DNA of 43,134 bases, from assembly GCA_904063045.1 (NCBI GenBank), contig CAJFCJ010000005.1:4469933-4513066 (forward strand). The letters run 5' to 3'. The translations under genes and the position numbers were made by a program. The number at the start of each line of letters is the position of its first letter. Position 1 is the stretch's first letter. The notes beneath the pieces are model-generated. The model ran no database searches. It had not been told where the DNA came from and saw nothing but the letters and a program-made list of their open reading frames with translations. The DNA is from Dimorphilus gyrociliatus (taxonomy: Eukaryota; Animalia; Annelida). Shown piece after piece: positions 9,404 through 22,860 of this stretch.

Positions 9404-10578
9404 AAGATAATTCACTTAATCAAGTCAATTATGTTTTTCCTTTTCTATAAAAATATCTCACCAAATATCAAATTTGTTTCAATTTCTTGATAAGAAATGA
9501 CCAAACTTATTTGATGATTTACTTTGTCAAGTTCATTAACAAGTACTAGCCTTTAGAATTCATTCTGAACAAAGTAATACCACTCTATTACATAAACAGT
9601 AGAGTTCTATCAAAAGAATGTGTATTGGGTAAATGAGTCCAATCATACAATACAGTTTAAAATATACAGATAGATATTGCCTATCTTATGGGTTTCTACT
9701 TATTTTGTTTTTCAAAGCCAGAACACAGAAAATAAAGGCAAAAATCTGGCAATATAAGTGAGTGATATTTTCCAAAAAAATTTCCATAATTAATTTCATC
9801 ATAATAACTGATGGGCTGTCCATTTGGGATTTGATTTGGAGGTCCTGATTATAAGCCTGGCCACCTTTCATTTTTTTTGTGTACTGCATTTTGGTTTATC
9901 TTTTACCATTTATAGCTCTTTAAACTTCTTTATGTTTAGAACAGTAGTAGGGATACAATTTAAAAGAGAAATTCTTGTGGCTTCTGATAGCTTCACCATT
10001 TTATTTTTACTTTGTGAACTGATAGATTACACACACATAAATGAACTTAAAATCTGGTTAAAAGTGACACTACTTAATGTTTAGGGTAAGTTTAGAAAGA
10101 GAAAAACTTAAAAAAAATTATTTTTTTGAGGCATAAAAAGGACTAATGTCTGGTATTGTATATATGAAAGTATGATGTATGATATATAAAAATCCTAACT
10201 TGTTACCAAATCTGAATGCTGGGATCGGAGGTAGAATAAGTAAGTGCAAGAAAAAAGGGGGTCGTCAAATTCAAAAAGAATAAAAATATTGGTCCCCAAA
10301 CCATTGTCCGGAATAATATGTCTCACAGTCAAATAAGAAAAAAACACATAAAAAAGTACACATTATAAAAACAAAAAAAATTATGTAAAAAGTTATGTAA
10401 ATACTATTTGATAGAAATTTCTATGTAGATCCAAGTTTCACCTAATAATTAATAGCTACAAAATTTTTAAAAAAATATTTCTTCATAAAGAAACACATAT
10501 TTAATGTTCTACCTATCAAAATTTACAGTGTCTGGATTTTTCAGTCCCTTACTTTATATACTGTATATATAGTATATA

Positions 10579-11150
10579 CAGTCAGCGACAGAAGTTTTCA
10601 TATATATAAAAAAAATGTTTTTTTGTAATTTTGAAGGATAGAATTATTTTCTCTTAAATAGAATTATGTTTAAAGGTTATTTATGTAATTTCATAAAATA
10701 TTTCTTTTTTTCACCTTTCTAGAACATTTTTTTGTTTTATTTTAGACAACAAGTATTTTTTCACAATAATCCTATATAATTTAAAACGCACCATAAGTAT
10801 CTGTATAAGGATGTTTTTTGTCTAAAAAACTTATAAAACATTCAAATTTTGAACAATTACCTTTTAGAAGACAATTCCTTAAAATTACTTTTTAAGATGA
10901 AGTATCATCCACAAATTAGAGAGTTGGCAAGATGAAAAAAATCAGAGATGACCTATGACAGGCTTTCAGTGGACCTGAATATCCCTAGGTCATCTCTGCA
11001 ATACATTTGTAGGGAGAGAAGGGAAAAACAACCTAAAAGAATGGGTAGACCTTAAGGTAAGTGAAAGAACAAAAAATCTTATAAAAAGAGAATGTGGAAG
11101 ACTACAAGAAAAAAAAGAGCTTGCAAGTGCAAGCAAAATAAAGAGAAATT
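10579..11150 (+). mobile_element. Tc1/mariner relic (candidate left TIR plus N-terminal HTH of transposase)
   Basis: TA|CAGTCAGCGACAGAAG at 10577. From 10897 the frame reads MKYHPQIRELAR*KKSEMTYDRLSVDLNIPRSSLQYICRERREKQPKRMGRP, then shifts to KVSERTKNLIKREC...ASASKIKRNL. Confidence 0.65.
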
Positions 11151-11430
11151 TAGTGGATATAATATGTTAAAACCTGAATGGAACAATCAGGAGAGGATAA
11201 GTGCTAACATTAGTGAATGCAAAAGACAGTGCGACATTGATAAAATGTGCAAGTTAGTATTTTACAGTTGAGTTGACATATTCTTAAATATTCTGTTTAA
11301 CTGCTAATTTTCCTCTAAACTAGGTCAATTGACTATATAGTTTCTTCCAGTTTATGTTATCAGATTATTGAAAATTCTATCAAATTGCAATTATTCAATT
11401 GAAGATAAGTTATTGTTAATGAAGGATACA

Positions 11431-11494
11431 GGAGAAAATGTCCACTGGAGAAAACATCCACTGGAGAAAATGTCCACAGGAGAAAATGTCCACT
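11431..11494 (+). repeat. 16-bp tandem repeat x4 (GGAGAAAATGTCCACT), subterminal repeat of the MULE
   Basis: Units at 11431, 11447, 11463 and 11479. Confidence 0.9.
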
Positions 11495-11675
11495 ATAGAA
11501 CTTCAAAGTAAGATATAAGATATTTGATAGATGGAGTTTTTAGAGCAATTTGACAGGAAAAAATGAATAATAAGAATTACAAATATTTAAATATTAATAT
11601 ATTGATTAAGTAAAAAAAAGCATTATAACAAGAATGATTAACAACAGTGTAACAACATTAAAGAATAAAGGTATT

Positions 11676-13623
11676 TTAAACTGGTGAATAAATGTCAGAA
11701 GCTTTATCAAGTAAGTCCAGGGAGGTAATTGAGGCAATTTCAAATTGTTCCCATAAGCTGAATATTTTGCTTTGAATATTCTGATATGCTTTTCTTTGCT
11801 GTCTACAAATTTTCTGTTCACTGAGTAATTTTTTATATAGCTTTATCAAATCAGCTTCTCTTTTCAGTTCATCTAAAAGCAAATAGAATGCAGTGTTAGA
11901 GCAAAGATTCTTGTTAAGTGGATGTGACAGAAAATGTCCACAAATTGGTGCTTTTACCCTAACCCTAACCCAGCCCTTAGCTGTACCTAACCTTTTCCAT
12001 TACCCCTAACCCTTAGAGGAGACCCTCCTAATTACAAATCAGTTGCTCTCTTCTTCTTCCTAACCATTTCTCAATCCAAATTTTTGTCTTGAAATTTCTC
12101 ATTTGTGGACATTTTCTGTCAACCCCTTGTTAAGCCTGTGATTTTTTGTAAAATAAAAAGAATATAGATGAGAATTTTTCTTATCTTCTCATTTAACCTG
12201 TCTCTTGTAATTGGATAGAATCTACTCACAATTTTCCATCACAAATACCATAATGTGTTCTGTCCTTATAGCCTCACCATATACAGACCATACCTCTGGT
12301 TTATAAAATCCATTTATCCATTGTGTCTCAATGTACTCTAATACAGACTTCATTTCAATAGCACTTATTTCTTTAATAGTCTTAAATGTTGGTTCTATCA
12401 GATCAGAGGGCAGGAATGGTAATGCCATTAATTTCTTCATGATTCTATATTCAGCTTTTTTCTCCTTGTACATCTTACATAATCCTAATTCCTGGAAATA
12501 AATATGTCAGTTCTATCTAGAGCTCACATGCTAAATTAAAGTATTACTTGAATCTTTCTGTATATTGCCTGTGTCCAGTGAAAAACACACCCTTTAATGT
12601 TTGCTTCAGGATAAGTGAATGATAGTGCTTTCCAAATAGCTTTTTCAAAGTCTACAACAACTTTTTTGGGGCTATGCCCATTTGTTAAATCTTGTATTGC
12701 CTGTTAATTTAACAAATTAGATTATTCAATTTAAAATGCAAAATTATTGTACCTTAAATAATTTCTTGTAGGCTGTCTTTCCCTTGGATCCCATAAAAGC
12801 AAAAGCCATTGGAATTTGTTTTATTTCTCCATTTTTTTTATAAATCCATGAATAGACAAAAGTTGATAAAAAGGGTCTTTCACACATTTAAATGTGCCAT
12901 CCATAAACCATATTTTGCCTTTAGATAATAATTCAATTTGCTTTGTGGTTGAAAATATTTGTATTCTATCATTCTCCATTTGTATATCCATTGTAAAAAA
13001 TCATCAGGAATAAATATTTTAGCCAAGTTGAAGTGAATACTTTGAGGTTCAGCTGGTCAAAACTTCTTTCTTGTCCAGTTTGCCAGTCTTGTACAATTAT
13101 CTAGAGATGGAATAACTTCACTAGAACTACAATGTTTCACCAGAACATCTTCAGCTAAACATTTTCCTGAACTACTGATATCTTTATTACAAGCATTTTT
13201 TAGTTCATTCCTAATCATTAATTTTTTTTCCAGATCAGGTACTCTTTCATGAGAATTGGATAACTTTCCAGGATAAAAACTGTTCCCATGCTGACTAACT
13301 GTTGCTGAACATTTATTTCTTTTGTTCCTAACACTGCATATCCAGAATGTTGTCTTGTTTCTTTTCTCTTTAATATTGTAGCAGAAATTGTTGAAAAGTA
13401 GCAAATCTTTTCCTTTCTGGCTCATTCCCTTTAAGATTTTAAATGAATAACTTTCTTTCTCACAATCTGATTTTGGAGAAACTATAAATGAAACTTCCAT
13501 CATATTATTTTGTTGAGCTGGAAGATCTTCATAGAAAAACATTGTTTGATTCCATATTACTGCCATTTGTATCATTTCCACTTGAATTTCCACAATGATT
13601 TTCACAAACAATAGTTTGCTCAT
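11676..13623 (-). pseudogene. FLYWCH + MULE DDE transposase pseudogene
   Basis: FLYWCH (SQKGKDLLLFNNFCY...TFWICS...KCSATV...H); WFMDGTFKCVKDPFYQLLSIHG; VVVDFEKAIW; KGCVFHWTQAIYRKIQ; LMALPFLP...YIETQWI...WSVY...RT; HRLNK...FYLLLDELKREA. In-frame TGA at 13057-13059, homopolymer frameshifts and a MITE insertion. Confidence 0.9.
11919..12125 (+). mobile_element. MITE with TIRs, 9-bp TSD (Mutator-type) and internal telomere-like repeats
   Basis: TIR GACAGAAAATGTCCACAAAT / ATTTGTGGACATTTTCTGTC; TSD CTTGTTAAG at 11910-11918 and 12126-12134; interior ACCCTAACCCTAACCC. Confidence 0.9.
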
Positions 13624-14890
13624 TTCTATTATTTGCTGTATGAAAATTTGGTGTTTGACTTATTTCTTCATTAACAGATGCACTAGAAGGTAGTCTTTGC
13701 AGTGTAACAATGCATTTCTTCATTGATATGTCACAGCAAATGTAACAATAAAATGATTGATCTGTGAAAAAACATAAAAACATATTTGTAAGGAAGGATA
13801 GTGACAAAAAACTTAAACAAACCTTTATAATCCAAACATTTCTTGTGTATTTTAAATAAATGACAGCAAAACTAGCAATTTGGGAAAAATTCAAAGCTGG
13901 TGAAATTACAGCAAGTCAACTTCCTGAAATGTCTTTTGAAGTGTATTATTAATCTCTGTACTTCTGTTTTCTGTAGTTTGTTAATGTCAAAATATATTTC
14001 AATAAATTTGGAAAATCATTTAGATATAAATTATTATTTTTTTGACTAATTTTAAATTTCTAGAATTAATATTCAAACCTGGCTAAAAATAATATAGCAT
14101 TCTTTTGAATAGTCTGCCCTGGAACATTTTCTACCACTTTGGGGATGTTTTCTGTTGGCCTCAATTCTGACAAGTGAATTTGTACTTTTTTTGCAGGAGT
14201 TATATTGTTTAGTATCTGTACTTCTTGTGCTGAAGCTCAATCACTACCAAATGCTTGAAATCTTCTACCATAACTCAAAAATGTAAAAAGGACAATAAAA
14301 AAGTATGGAAAATAGATAGTTGGAAGTTTTTGGTTATTCCATCAAGATTACCATTAAAAATAATATACTTGAGTGATATTGGCAATGTCAATGAAAGAGT
14401 GAGATAAAAGGTTTTGAAATTAAAATGTTTGTTTTCTCTCTTACTAATTACTCTAAAAAGCCCTCTTCAAACCAAATTGTGAATGCGATTTGAATAAAAC
14501 AGATGCATTATGGGCTTGCCAAAACATCTGCTGTACTACATGGTACATAATATTTATAATTTTAACCATTAATTAAAAGTTGGCCTATTAATAGCTTATG
14601 CTTTTGAAGCAATGAAATGTCATCATTTTACATTGTTGATTTCAAAGGACAGATCAAAGCTCAATACTATGAGGAAAAAGATAATGAGACATCAATTGTT
14701 AAAAAAACAAGAAGTACTGGTCTTCTGGGAAGAATTTTTAAAAATTTCTCATCTTGAAAATTTAATTTTTATAAATTCAAGAGTTCAAGTAAGAAAATAG
14801 TAATTTTTTTTTATTCTTATAATGTTATCTTTGGTTTCTGATTTCAGGAATTCAGAAAAATATTCAAGTGAATTTTGTTAATTAAAAGAG

Positions 14891-15088
14891 ATGTTGGAGT
14901 GTAAAATATGCTATAATAACTTGGCTAATACTCTGTTTCTCCCTTGTAGTCATTTACCAAGCTGCATAGACTGTACAATGAAACTGTCAAGATTAGAATG
15001 CACATGCTGTCAGAATTTGATTAAAGGATATGTCATTATAAAAAGCGATACTGATATATTGAACTTGAATTCTTCAAGTGAGAAATAA
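14891..15088 (+). CDS. C3HC4 RING-finger exon (IAP/MDM2-type C-terminal RING); upstream exons unresolved, possibly a pseudogene
   Basis: ECKICYNNLANTLFLPCSHLPSCIDCTMKLSRLECTCCQNLIKGYVII. Confidence 0.6.
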   Translation: MLECKICYNNLANTLFLPCSHLPSCIDCTMKLSRLECTCCQNLIKGYVIIKSDTDILNLNSSSEK

Positions 15089-15589
15089 ACAGGAATAAAC
15101 AGGAATATATGAATATGATGCCAAACTAGACTGTAGAATTTGTAGGGTTTGGATAATTTTCATTCTAAACTAAATTTAATTTTAACTTTTTTTCAGGTCA
15201 TTTTAGGATGAACATCAGGGTTAGGAATCACAAAATGAAAGAAGTTTTTTTGTTTTAGCTTTAAGTTATGTTATTAGTCTATTCAATATAAATTTGAATA
15301 AATGTTGGTCTAAGTACTTGAATTTGGACAGCTATTTCAAAACATATGTGTGAAAAACATTGTACCTCTCTTGGTAAATGATTGGAAAGGACAAATACAG
15401 TTTTGACGAACCAGAAATTCCTACAATTACAATTCAACAAAGTACAGATGTCATCTATCATTCCATGGGTAGATTTCATTTGTAAAAAAATGATTGATTT
15501 TTTTAAAAGTTAAATTTTTCATTTTTTAGTTATTACAATTGAAATTAAAATAGAGAGGCAATTGGCAGACTTATTAAGGAAGATCAAAC

Positions 15590-15720
15590 TTCATCTCAGA
15601 TAGTAATTACCAAAAAATTGGTTATTTGTCAAAGGGCTGTTAGGAACATGATTAAAGACCTGAGGATCTGTATGATGCAGAATCAAGGAAGGCTTCTTTG
15701 GCCCACAAACACACTTCATC
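15590..15720 (+). mobile_element. Possible very degraded Tc1 HTH fragment
   Basis: SQIVITKKLVICQRAVRNMIKDL resembles the Tc1 N-terminal HTH; no termini found. Confidence 0.25.
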
Positions 15721-16554
15721 TCAACATGGAAAACAGCTAACAATTGCTAAATCAGCTGAAAAACTGCAATGTAAAGCTTTATGGGAGCTTGTGAAAAAAT
15801 TCAAATCTGAGTGACAAGTTCAATGTTTTTAAATCTAAATGTCTAACAGCTGATGCAAAAAAAAATTGAAACAATAATAAACACAATTTTGTAAAGGATA
15901 ATTGTTTATTTCATATCAAGTTAGTCACTTTTCGAATAGTATTTGTACGGCATTCTGCTTCATATATAATTTTTCTTCATTTGAAACTAACTGCAAAAAA
16001 TTTATTGTTGATTTTTGTAACATTTTCTTTAACAGTTGACCAAACATAAAAATATCTTTCATATCATAATTTTCTTCAAGTTTATGTAGTTTCTTTATCA
16101 ACAGTTGGCATCTTTTTCTATTTTTTGCTAAATGCTTTTTTTCAGGCAAATTTTAAAAAATTTATATATTTATAGAAATTCTTACATAGAATGTCACAGT
16201 ATTGAATGATATATCCTCATTAAAGGCAAGATTACCCGAATGACAAAATATTATTGCTGTTATTATAGATTTTGCCATAGATACAATATTCTTATGACTA
16301 AATATAAAAAAATACATTTTATATGCTTTTGTCAAGTTTAGTGCATTTATATCATGGGTCAGATAGTGGTTTCCCATATTATTTATGAAATTTAAATCTG
16401 TTTTAATATGAATAACCTGTTTAATAAGGTGATTTGAAAAAAAAAGGTATACACACATGTTTCAAAATTATCTTCCTTCTCAGCTTCGTATTTTGCAATC
16501 CTGTGAATTTGAAAATGGAAATAAAATATTTGTAATAATTGTATCACAGGCTAT

Positions 16555-19500
16555 TTAACAAACAATATTTGTCTCTGCCTATCTCTATGAGCTCTAATGT
16601 CAGATAGAACATCTTTCAAAATATATAACAAAGGATTTACTACTGAATTCAATGGAAGCATGATAACAACTAGTGCAGTGTATACTTCATTTGATACAGT
16701 CAAATTGAAAAACACTGAATATACACCTTAAAAATGGAAAAAAGGGTAACTGGCTATATAATTTGCTAACAATACAACATTCAATTATATTTTTAAATAT
16801 TTTTAAAAACCTAAAAATGAAATCGGTAGCCAACACAAAATATTTGTTATAACAACTAAAAATGATCGAAACTTAATTTTGTTTTACAAGATCTTATATT
16901 TGGATTTCTCAAGAAATCTTTTTGATTTTACAGTTTCTCTCCATATTTTAAAATACAATCCACAAATCACTGTACATGCCAATCCAACAAAACAACCAAA
17001 AAATAGAAAAGAATAGAACCAGCCTTCCTTTTTGGTACTGGAGATATGTAATGTAAAACACACTGAACTTTTGGAGTAGTAGTCCTAAATATAACAGAAA
17101 ACTATGAAGAATAATTTTGACTATTTAAACTACATTTGTTTTTCATACATTATAAATAGGTAATGGGAGGATTGATATTAAAATTGACCATAGCCAGATG
17201 AAAATAATACTATACCTAAGAAATTTTTTATCAAAATCTTTCAATATAGGAGAATTAATTTTTTTATATCTTTCAATTGTTATAAACAATAAACTCAATG
17301 TAGATAATTGAATTGAGAAACTTGCAAAACTTCCAATTGTTGAACAAGTTATACTTCTTTTCCAAAAGAAGTCATTTTCAACATATTCTCCTCTGAACAC
17401 CAAGTCAGTTATTCCAATAGAAATGAAATATATTGCAATATTCAAATCTGCAAAAGCCAGACTCAAAAGGAAATTATTTCTCTTTCTTTTTGCTGACAAA
17501 ATAGTTTGATATAACAATGAGAAAATGTTTTCAATAAATGATGTAATATTAATTATCCATAAGAGAATACGTATCAATCTTGATTGTAATAAATCACCGC
17601 AAGAACTAAATAATGATTTGTTTGGTTGACAATGTTTAATATTTTTCAAATATTTCCTTGCAAAGCAACACAACTCGAAATAATCACTTGAAAGATTTAC
17701 AAGCATTTTTAAATTCTTCACTAGATATTTACTATTTTCCATATATAAAAAAGTTTTTTCTAGTAATAATAGCTCAAGAGAAAATAAGTCAGAAAATGAT
17801 TTGGTCTCAATGTTGTTGATTTTGCATTTGCTTAAATCAAGATATTGAAGTTTTGTACAATTAGCAAAATATTTATATGAAATTCTAGACAAATTTGTGT
17901 TTGCAAGAATAAGTTTTCTTAGATTTGGAAAAATCTGGAATGAAAACTTTCCCAAAAATAATTTATTACTTTTAAGATTTAAAACTTGAAGTTTTTTTAA
18001 TGAATCTTTTAATACATTTTGAAAAAATATTTTTCTATTGTTTTCAATATTAAGAGAGAATACATTAGGAAACACATTTATAATGTCTGATATATCTATT
18101 ATACTTAAAGATACTGTTAAATATACTACAGTGAAATATTGTCTTTGGAAGTATGTTTTAAAAGACATTTCAAACTGTGATATATGAACATTTTTCCAAT
18201 AATATAGCTCATTAACATTTAACCAGAGGTTAGTTGCCTGCTTAAAATCACACATTAAAGTGTGGAAGAACTCACATGTGCACCTGGTAGGACAATTGTT
18301 TGAACTTTTGCAAAACATCTCATCATTTCCCAGAAGGCAATCTACTATCTTATTACATATATCTGAAGTGGGAATATACAACAACTCATTTCTACATTTA
18401 AAAAATCCTCTTGGTATAAAGTTTTCTGGTTTTTATAGGTTTAATTTATAAAAATGGATTGAAAGATTACTGTTTAATAAAAAAATACCACAATCATCTT
18501 CATCATCATGTGCAGGACAATGAGAAACTCCATCACAAACTTGTTTAATTGAAATGCAATAACCCTTTGACCTACATAAATATTCACCAACATGGCATTT
18601 TGTAATATCACATTGATGAAACTCATAAGGAACATGAGTTTTTGTGAGTAAATTGCCCATTGAATTATACTCTAAATGACAATTTTTATGTTGTTTTACA
18701 TCCCTTTCTATTATTTGAGCACAGTTTTCCTCTAGCATAATGTCAGTTGAATGTTTTTCTATACAGGGTTGAATGCCTTCATCAGCTGAATTGCTGCAGT
18801 CATGGTGGAAATCACATGTTCTTTCTATTGGTATATGCATATTATCACACAAAAAAAGTTTTTTCCATCCTAAGAATAAGTCAAATGAAATGGTTAGAAA
18901 CATATTTTTTTAATTTCATTTTGATCCTACCAGTGGAATTTTTGTCTACTACTGAGCAAAAAAGTTCATCACTTTCATCAAAACAGTTAATTTCACTGTT
19001 GCAAAATTCACTTTTATTAATGCATTGTCCATTTTTACATCTAAAAACACAGAAACATCTGAAGAGTTTGTAATTAAAAAATAGTTTTTTAAGAATGCAC
19101 CTTTGACTTGAGTCACAATATTCCCATTCTATTGAAAAAAAATTCATGACAAAAGAGCATTTTATGTTGGTCTTACCACAATCTCTTTCATCCTCAGAGT
19201 TTGGACAATTTGGTATATGATCACAAACTTTTTTATAATTTATGTGAAAAGAATGGTTACAATAAAAGAGATCACTTTCTGGGCAATTTATTTCATCTTC
19301 CCCTAAAAAGCAATCAGTTTTTCCATCACATACATTTATCTCATTAATATATATCTCAATATTTGGGCATAAAAACATATTGCTTTCAACTGGACTCTTT
19401 GTTACATTTTTAATTTCCAATTGTTCACTCAGTGACTTTTTTGTTTTTGTAGTTTCAACTGTGAGGGCAAAATTCAGTTTGGTTTTGTATATAGATACTA

Positions 19501-22500
19501 AAATCTTTGAACCAGGAGAAAAAAACATGTTTAGGACTATTTCAATCAGTCAGACTGATTTAATAGGAACAATCCTAGACATTTTCTCCATGATCCTAGA
19601 ATAATTACTTGCTGCTTCAATGCACACAACTTTTGTTATATCAAGAGTGTGACACCCTGAAATGTCAATGCTATATGGTCTAAAAACAGTTGTATCTGAC
19701 CATCCTAAGTCAGATTGTAGCTTATTTGAATCTCCATATACAAAACAGTCTGTTAATTTTGTTGGTTTACTTGATTTTTCTGTACCACGTAGCAATGCTT
19801 TACAAAATCCAGGTACTCTACAATATTTTATTTAAAAAAATGACTAATAAAAGCAACTTATTAGTGAACTAACAAATTAGTATCATCAAAGCTTGTAAAA
19901 TCAAAAGGTATTCCATCCAAATGTAGTGTTATTGATCTATTTCTATGATTCTTTATAGTTTTCATTTCTAGTTTTTATTGTATGATCAAGTCTTATTCAT
20001 AGTTAAGACAAAAGACTAGTTTCATACTTCCTGGGAATATAGTCTTTTTTTTTAACATTGCTTTCAAAAGGGGAATATCATTTGTCAAAGAGAGAGTTCT
20101 TATTTTATCTAATGTATGCAAAAAACTGTAGCTTTCAGGTGATATAAAAGCAAGGGTACTATTGTTATTTATGCAAATTTTTTCACTCTGACTAATTGAT
20201 ACTTTCTTTTCAAGTGTCAAATGTAAAAAACATACATTCTTGTAGAGAAATGATTTTTCATTCTTACAAACTTTATAAACAAGAATAAATATTTAAACAT
20301 TTTGTTTTTGCCCAATGCCCACCTTTTTGACTACTATTAAGGTTACTGCTGCATGTTATAATTATTGGTGACTTTGGATACACACCCAGTTCTTTCATTG
20401 AAGATTCAAATATTCCTTTCACAAAGTCATCATCAATTTCTAAGGAGCAAGAAGATGAATCTCCAGATTTCAAACATTTCATTGATGCATAATAAAATCT
20501 TGTAACACTAAAAGGAAATGTAATTTTTGAAATGACACCATAATCAAAACCAAAAGATTGGCATATATTTATGATATTGTTAAATTTGAATGATTCAAAA
20601 TTTGGTTGATACCAAATATTCTTATAATAGATTTGTACATTTCCAGAGAATTCAATATAGGTGTGTGTTTGCCCAAAATTTAAAATGCTTTGGTCAATAC
20701 TAAAGAGTCTATAGTGATAGTCTGTCAAGAAAATTTTTAAATCATCTTTATATGAAGTTTACTGCAAAAAAGAAATGAACCTTTGTAATTATCTTCCTCA
20801 CATCTTACTGATAAGGTATATGCTTGCCTATCTAGGTCATTTAAGTTACAAGTGGTGAAGTCATCCGCAGACAAATCACAATTGTAGAAAGAAAATACTA
20901 CATTATGTAAATGAAACACCTTTCTGTAAGTGCAGTCAGCTTGTCTCTGTAATAACAAGATTTTTTGTTTATGGAAAAAATCAACAGCATAAGCAAGCCT
21001 TCACCAGCTGCCATGAATGTATTATTTGAAATATAGGATATACTGTTTTATTTAAAGTTGCACACAAAGATTTAGCAACTTTATCACCATTTTCAGTCCT
21101 TTGAAATGTCAAAGGCAACATTCCCAACTTTTTAGAATAAAACACAAACATTGTGCCAAAAGGTAAAGAATCCTCATAAACATATTTTTGCATACTTTTC
21201 AGCATTGGAACAACTTTTACATCTGAAGGAAAAAAAACTAAGTTTTCTCTGTTAATATGATTAGTATTATTACCTTTTAATTCAGGGTAAAAACAATACA
21301 ATCTGATTAAGTCTGCTTTGTTAGTTTGTGGAAGTTGATTGATCTTTTTAAAAGTTAAATTTTTGAAAGGAACAACAAAATATTCTCTGGAATATTCAAA
21401 ATCACTGTCACCATAAAATTGTGCCTTTTCACACACATGATTGCGCTTTTCAGCATTTTTTATATACACCTGAAATGATGCTTTATTCAATCTCCTGAAA
21501 ATTGGATACTGATTAGTCTTTGCATTGTCTGTACCAAATTTACCAGTGAAAATAACTGAAGCATATAAAACAGTATAAAAATGCTAGTCATTGCTTTTAA
21601 CTTGAGATACTAAAGTGTTAATGACACTTACATGGTACATCAATTTTAAAACATTTTATACAGCTGAGGTGTCTTTTATAATCAAAATGTGTGACTTTAT
21701 GCCTATGGAAATAATCTTTTTTGAACATTTTCAGTGATTAAAAGAAATCCTATTAATTAGCTATTAATCTGTGCAGAGTCATCTACTATCTATTTTTTTT
21801 GTGTTAATTTCTAAACTCTAAAACAGCCCCTAGCAAAGTTTTCCACTAAAAATTGCAGAGTCAATTCATCTTGCCATACTTGATATTTTGAGACTGGGCA
21901 GTTGACATCAAAAATAAACCATTACTCTAAACCTATGAAAATTATCTTTTTAAGTATTACAAATGGGAGGTCAGCACAAAATACAAAACACAAATTAAGG
22001 CTAGATTTTTGACTGAAAATGGCAAAGCGAAAGTCTTGTTTGGGAGGGTTTCAACTAACAATTAGGGTAAGAAGATTATATGGGAACAAGACTTGGGTGT
22101 GGGTAAATGCAATAATTTGTGGACATTTACAGTTGCATCCTGCCAATATCAAGACTACATTTTATTTGTTTTATTCATAGAAGGTTTGGAGGAATTCTTC
22201 TAAGGGGTCAGAGCTTAAAGTAGAATGTGGAAAACTTATAGGGTTTGGAAAACTTTTGTTTTGATTTTCTTAGGTCATGCAGGACTGAACTGAGGGTTAG
22301 AAAGTACTAAATTTAGAGAATCTTGTTAGCTGATGGAATTAGCATTAGTGTAAAATATCAAAAAATAGGATGTTTTCTCCCATAAGACATTTTTAGAGTA
22401 GGTCAAATTCTTTCATTAAAAAAATTGTTTTTTACATACACTGCCACTCTGTCCTCAACAAATTGTAGATAAACTGTACCATTTAGTTCTGTAAAATGTT

Positions 22501-22860
22501 ATCAAAAGTTTATATTCAATTGATTGATTTAATACAACAGCTGCCTTCATGTTCACAGAGTTGGATTGTAACCCATATGTTGTCATATCCCATTGCATTA
22601 CAAATCTTCAACCACTTCATTGCAAGTTCAACAGATTCAAGGGAGTAGCCAACTGTCTCTATCTGACCTTTAAATGATAATTTCAATATACCAAAAGTAT
22701 ATTCAATTCCTTCTCCAAGTGGTTGTATGAAAAATGTTGCATTCTTCTCATCTAACACACTATACGATATGTCCCAATAGTATAATGGACAATGTTGTGA
22801 ATAAATAAAAGAAACAATATACAATGAAAATAGCTGCTTATACAGAAAACAAATTTGCAT
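16555..22860 (-). CDS. Multi-exon GRL101-like receptor: signal peptide, degenerate SRCR-like repeats, LDLa repeats, LRRs, 7TM; in-frame TAA in ICL3 (possible pseudogene)
   Basis: Signal MQICFLYKQLFSLYIVSFIYS; LDLa (CDGKTDCFLGEDEINC, CDGVSHCPAHDDEDDC etc.); LRRs and TM1-4 in 17143-18384 (TIERY, CSTIGSFASFS); downstream exons give YYSKSSVCFTLH, TM5, TM6 TNILCWLP, TM7 LPLNSVVNPLLY; stop 16555-16557. Confidence 0.88.
21965..22140 (-). mobile_element. Diverged reverse-orientation copy of the telomere-repeat MITE, inside the receptor gene
   Basis: GGGTGTGGGTAAATGCAATAATTTGTGGACATTTACAGTTGCATCC aligns with the reverse complement of 11919-11975; G-rich interior. Confidence 0.55.

Larger units (their letters stand above)
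11424..14160 (-). mobile_element. Mutator-like (MULE) DNA transposon, defective
   Basis: FLYWCH-MULE transposase inside; GAAAATGTCCAC-type repeats at the left end and related inverted motifs (GGAACATTTTCT, GGGGATGTTTTCTGTTGG) at 14121-14160. Boundaries approximate. Confidence 0.75.

Noticed and set aside
11170-11260. PAN-like fragment ISECKRQCDIDKMCK
   Set aside because: Too short and isolated between transposon relics to support a gene.
2539-11494. 63-bp and 16-bp repeats as CRISPR-like arrays
   Set aside because: Eukaryotic context, no unique spacers, no cas genes; one is coding and the other is a transposon subterminal repeat.
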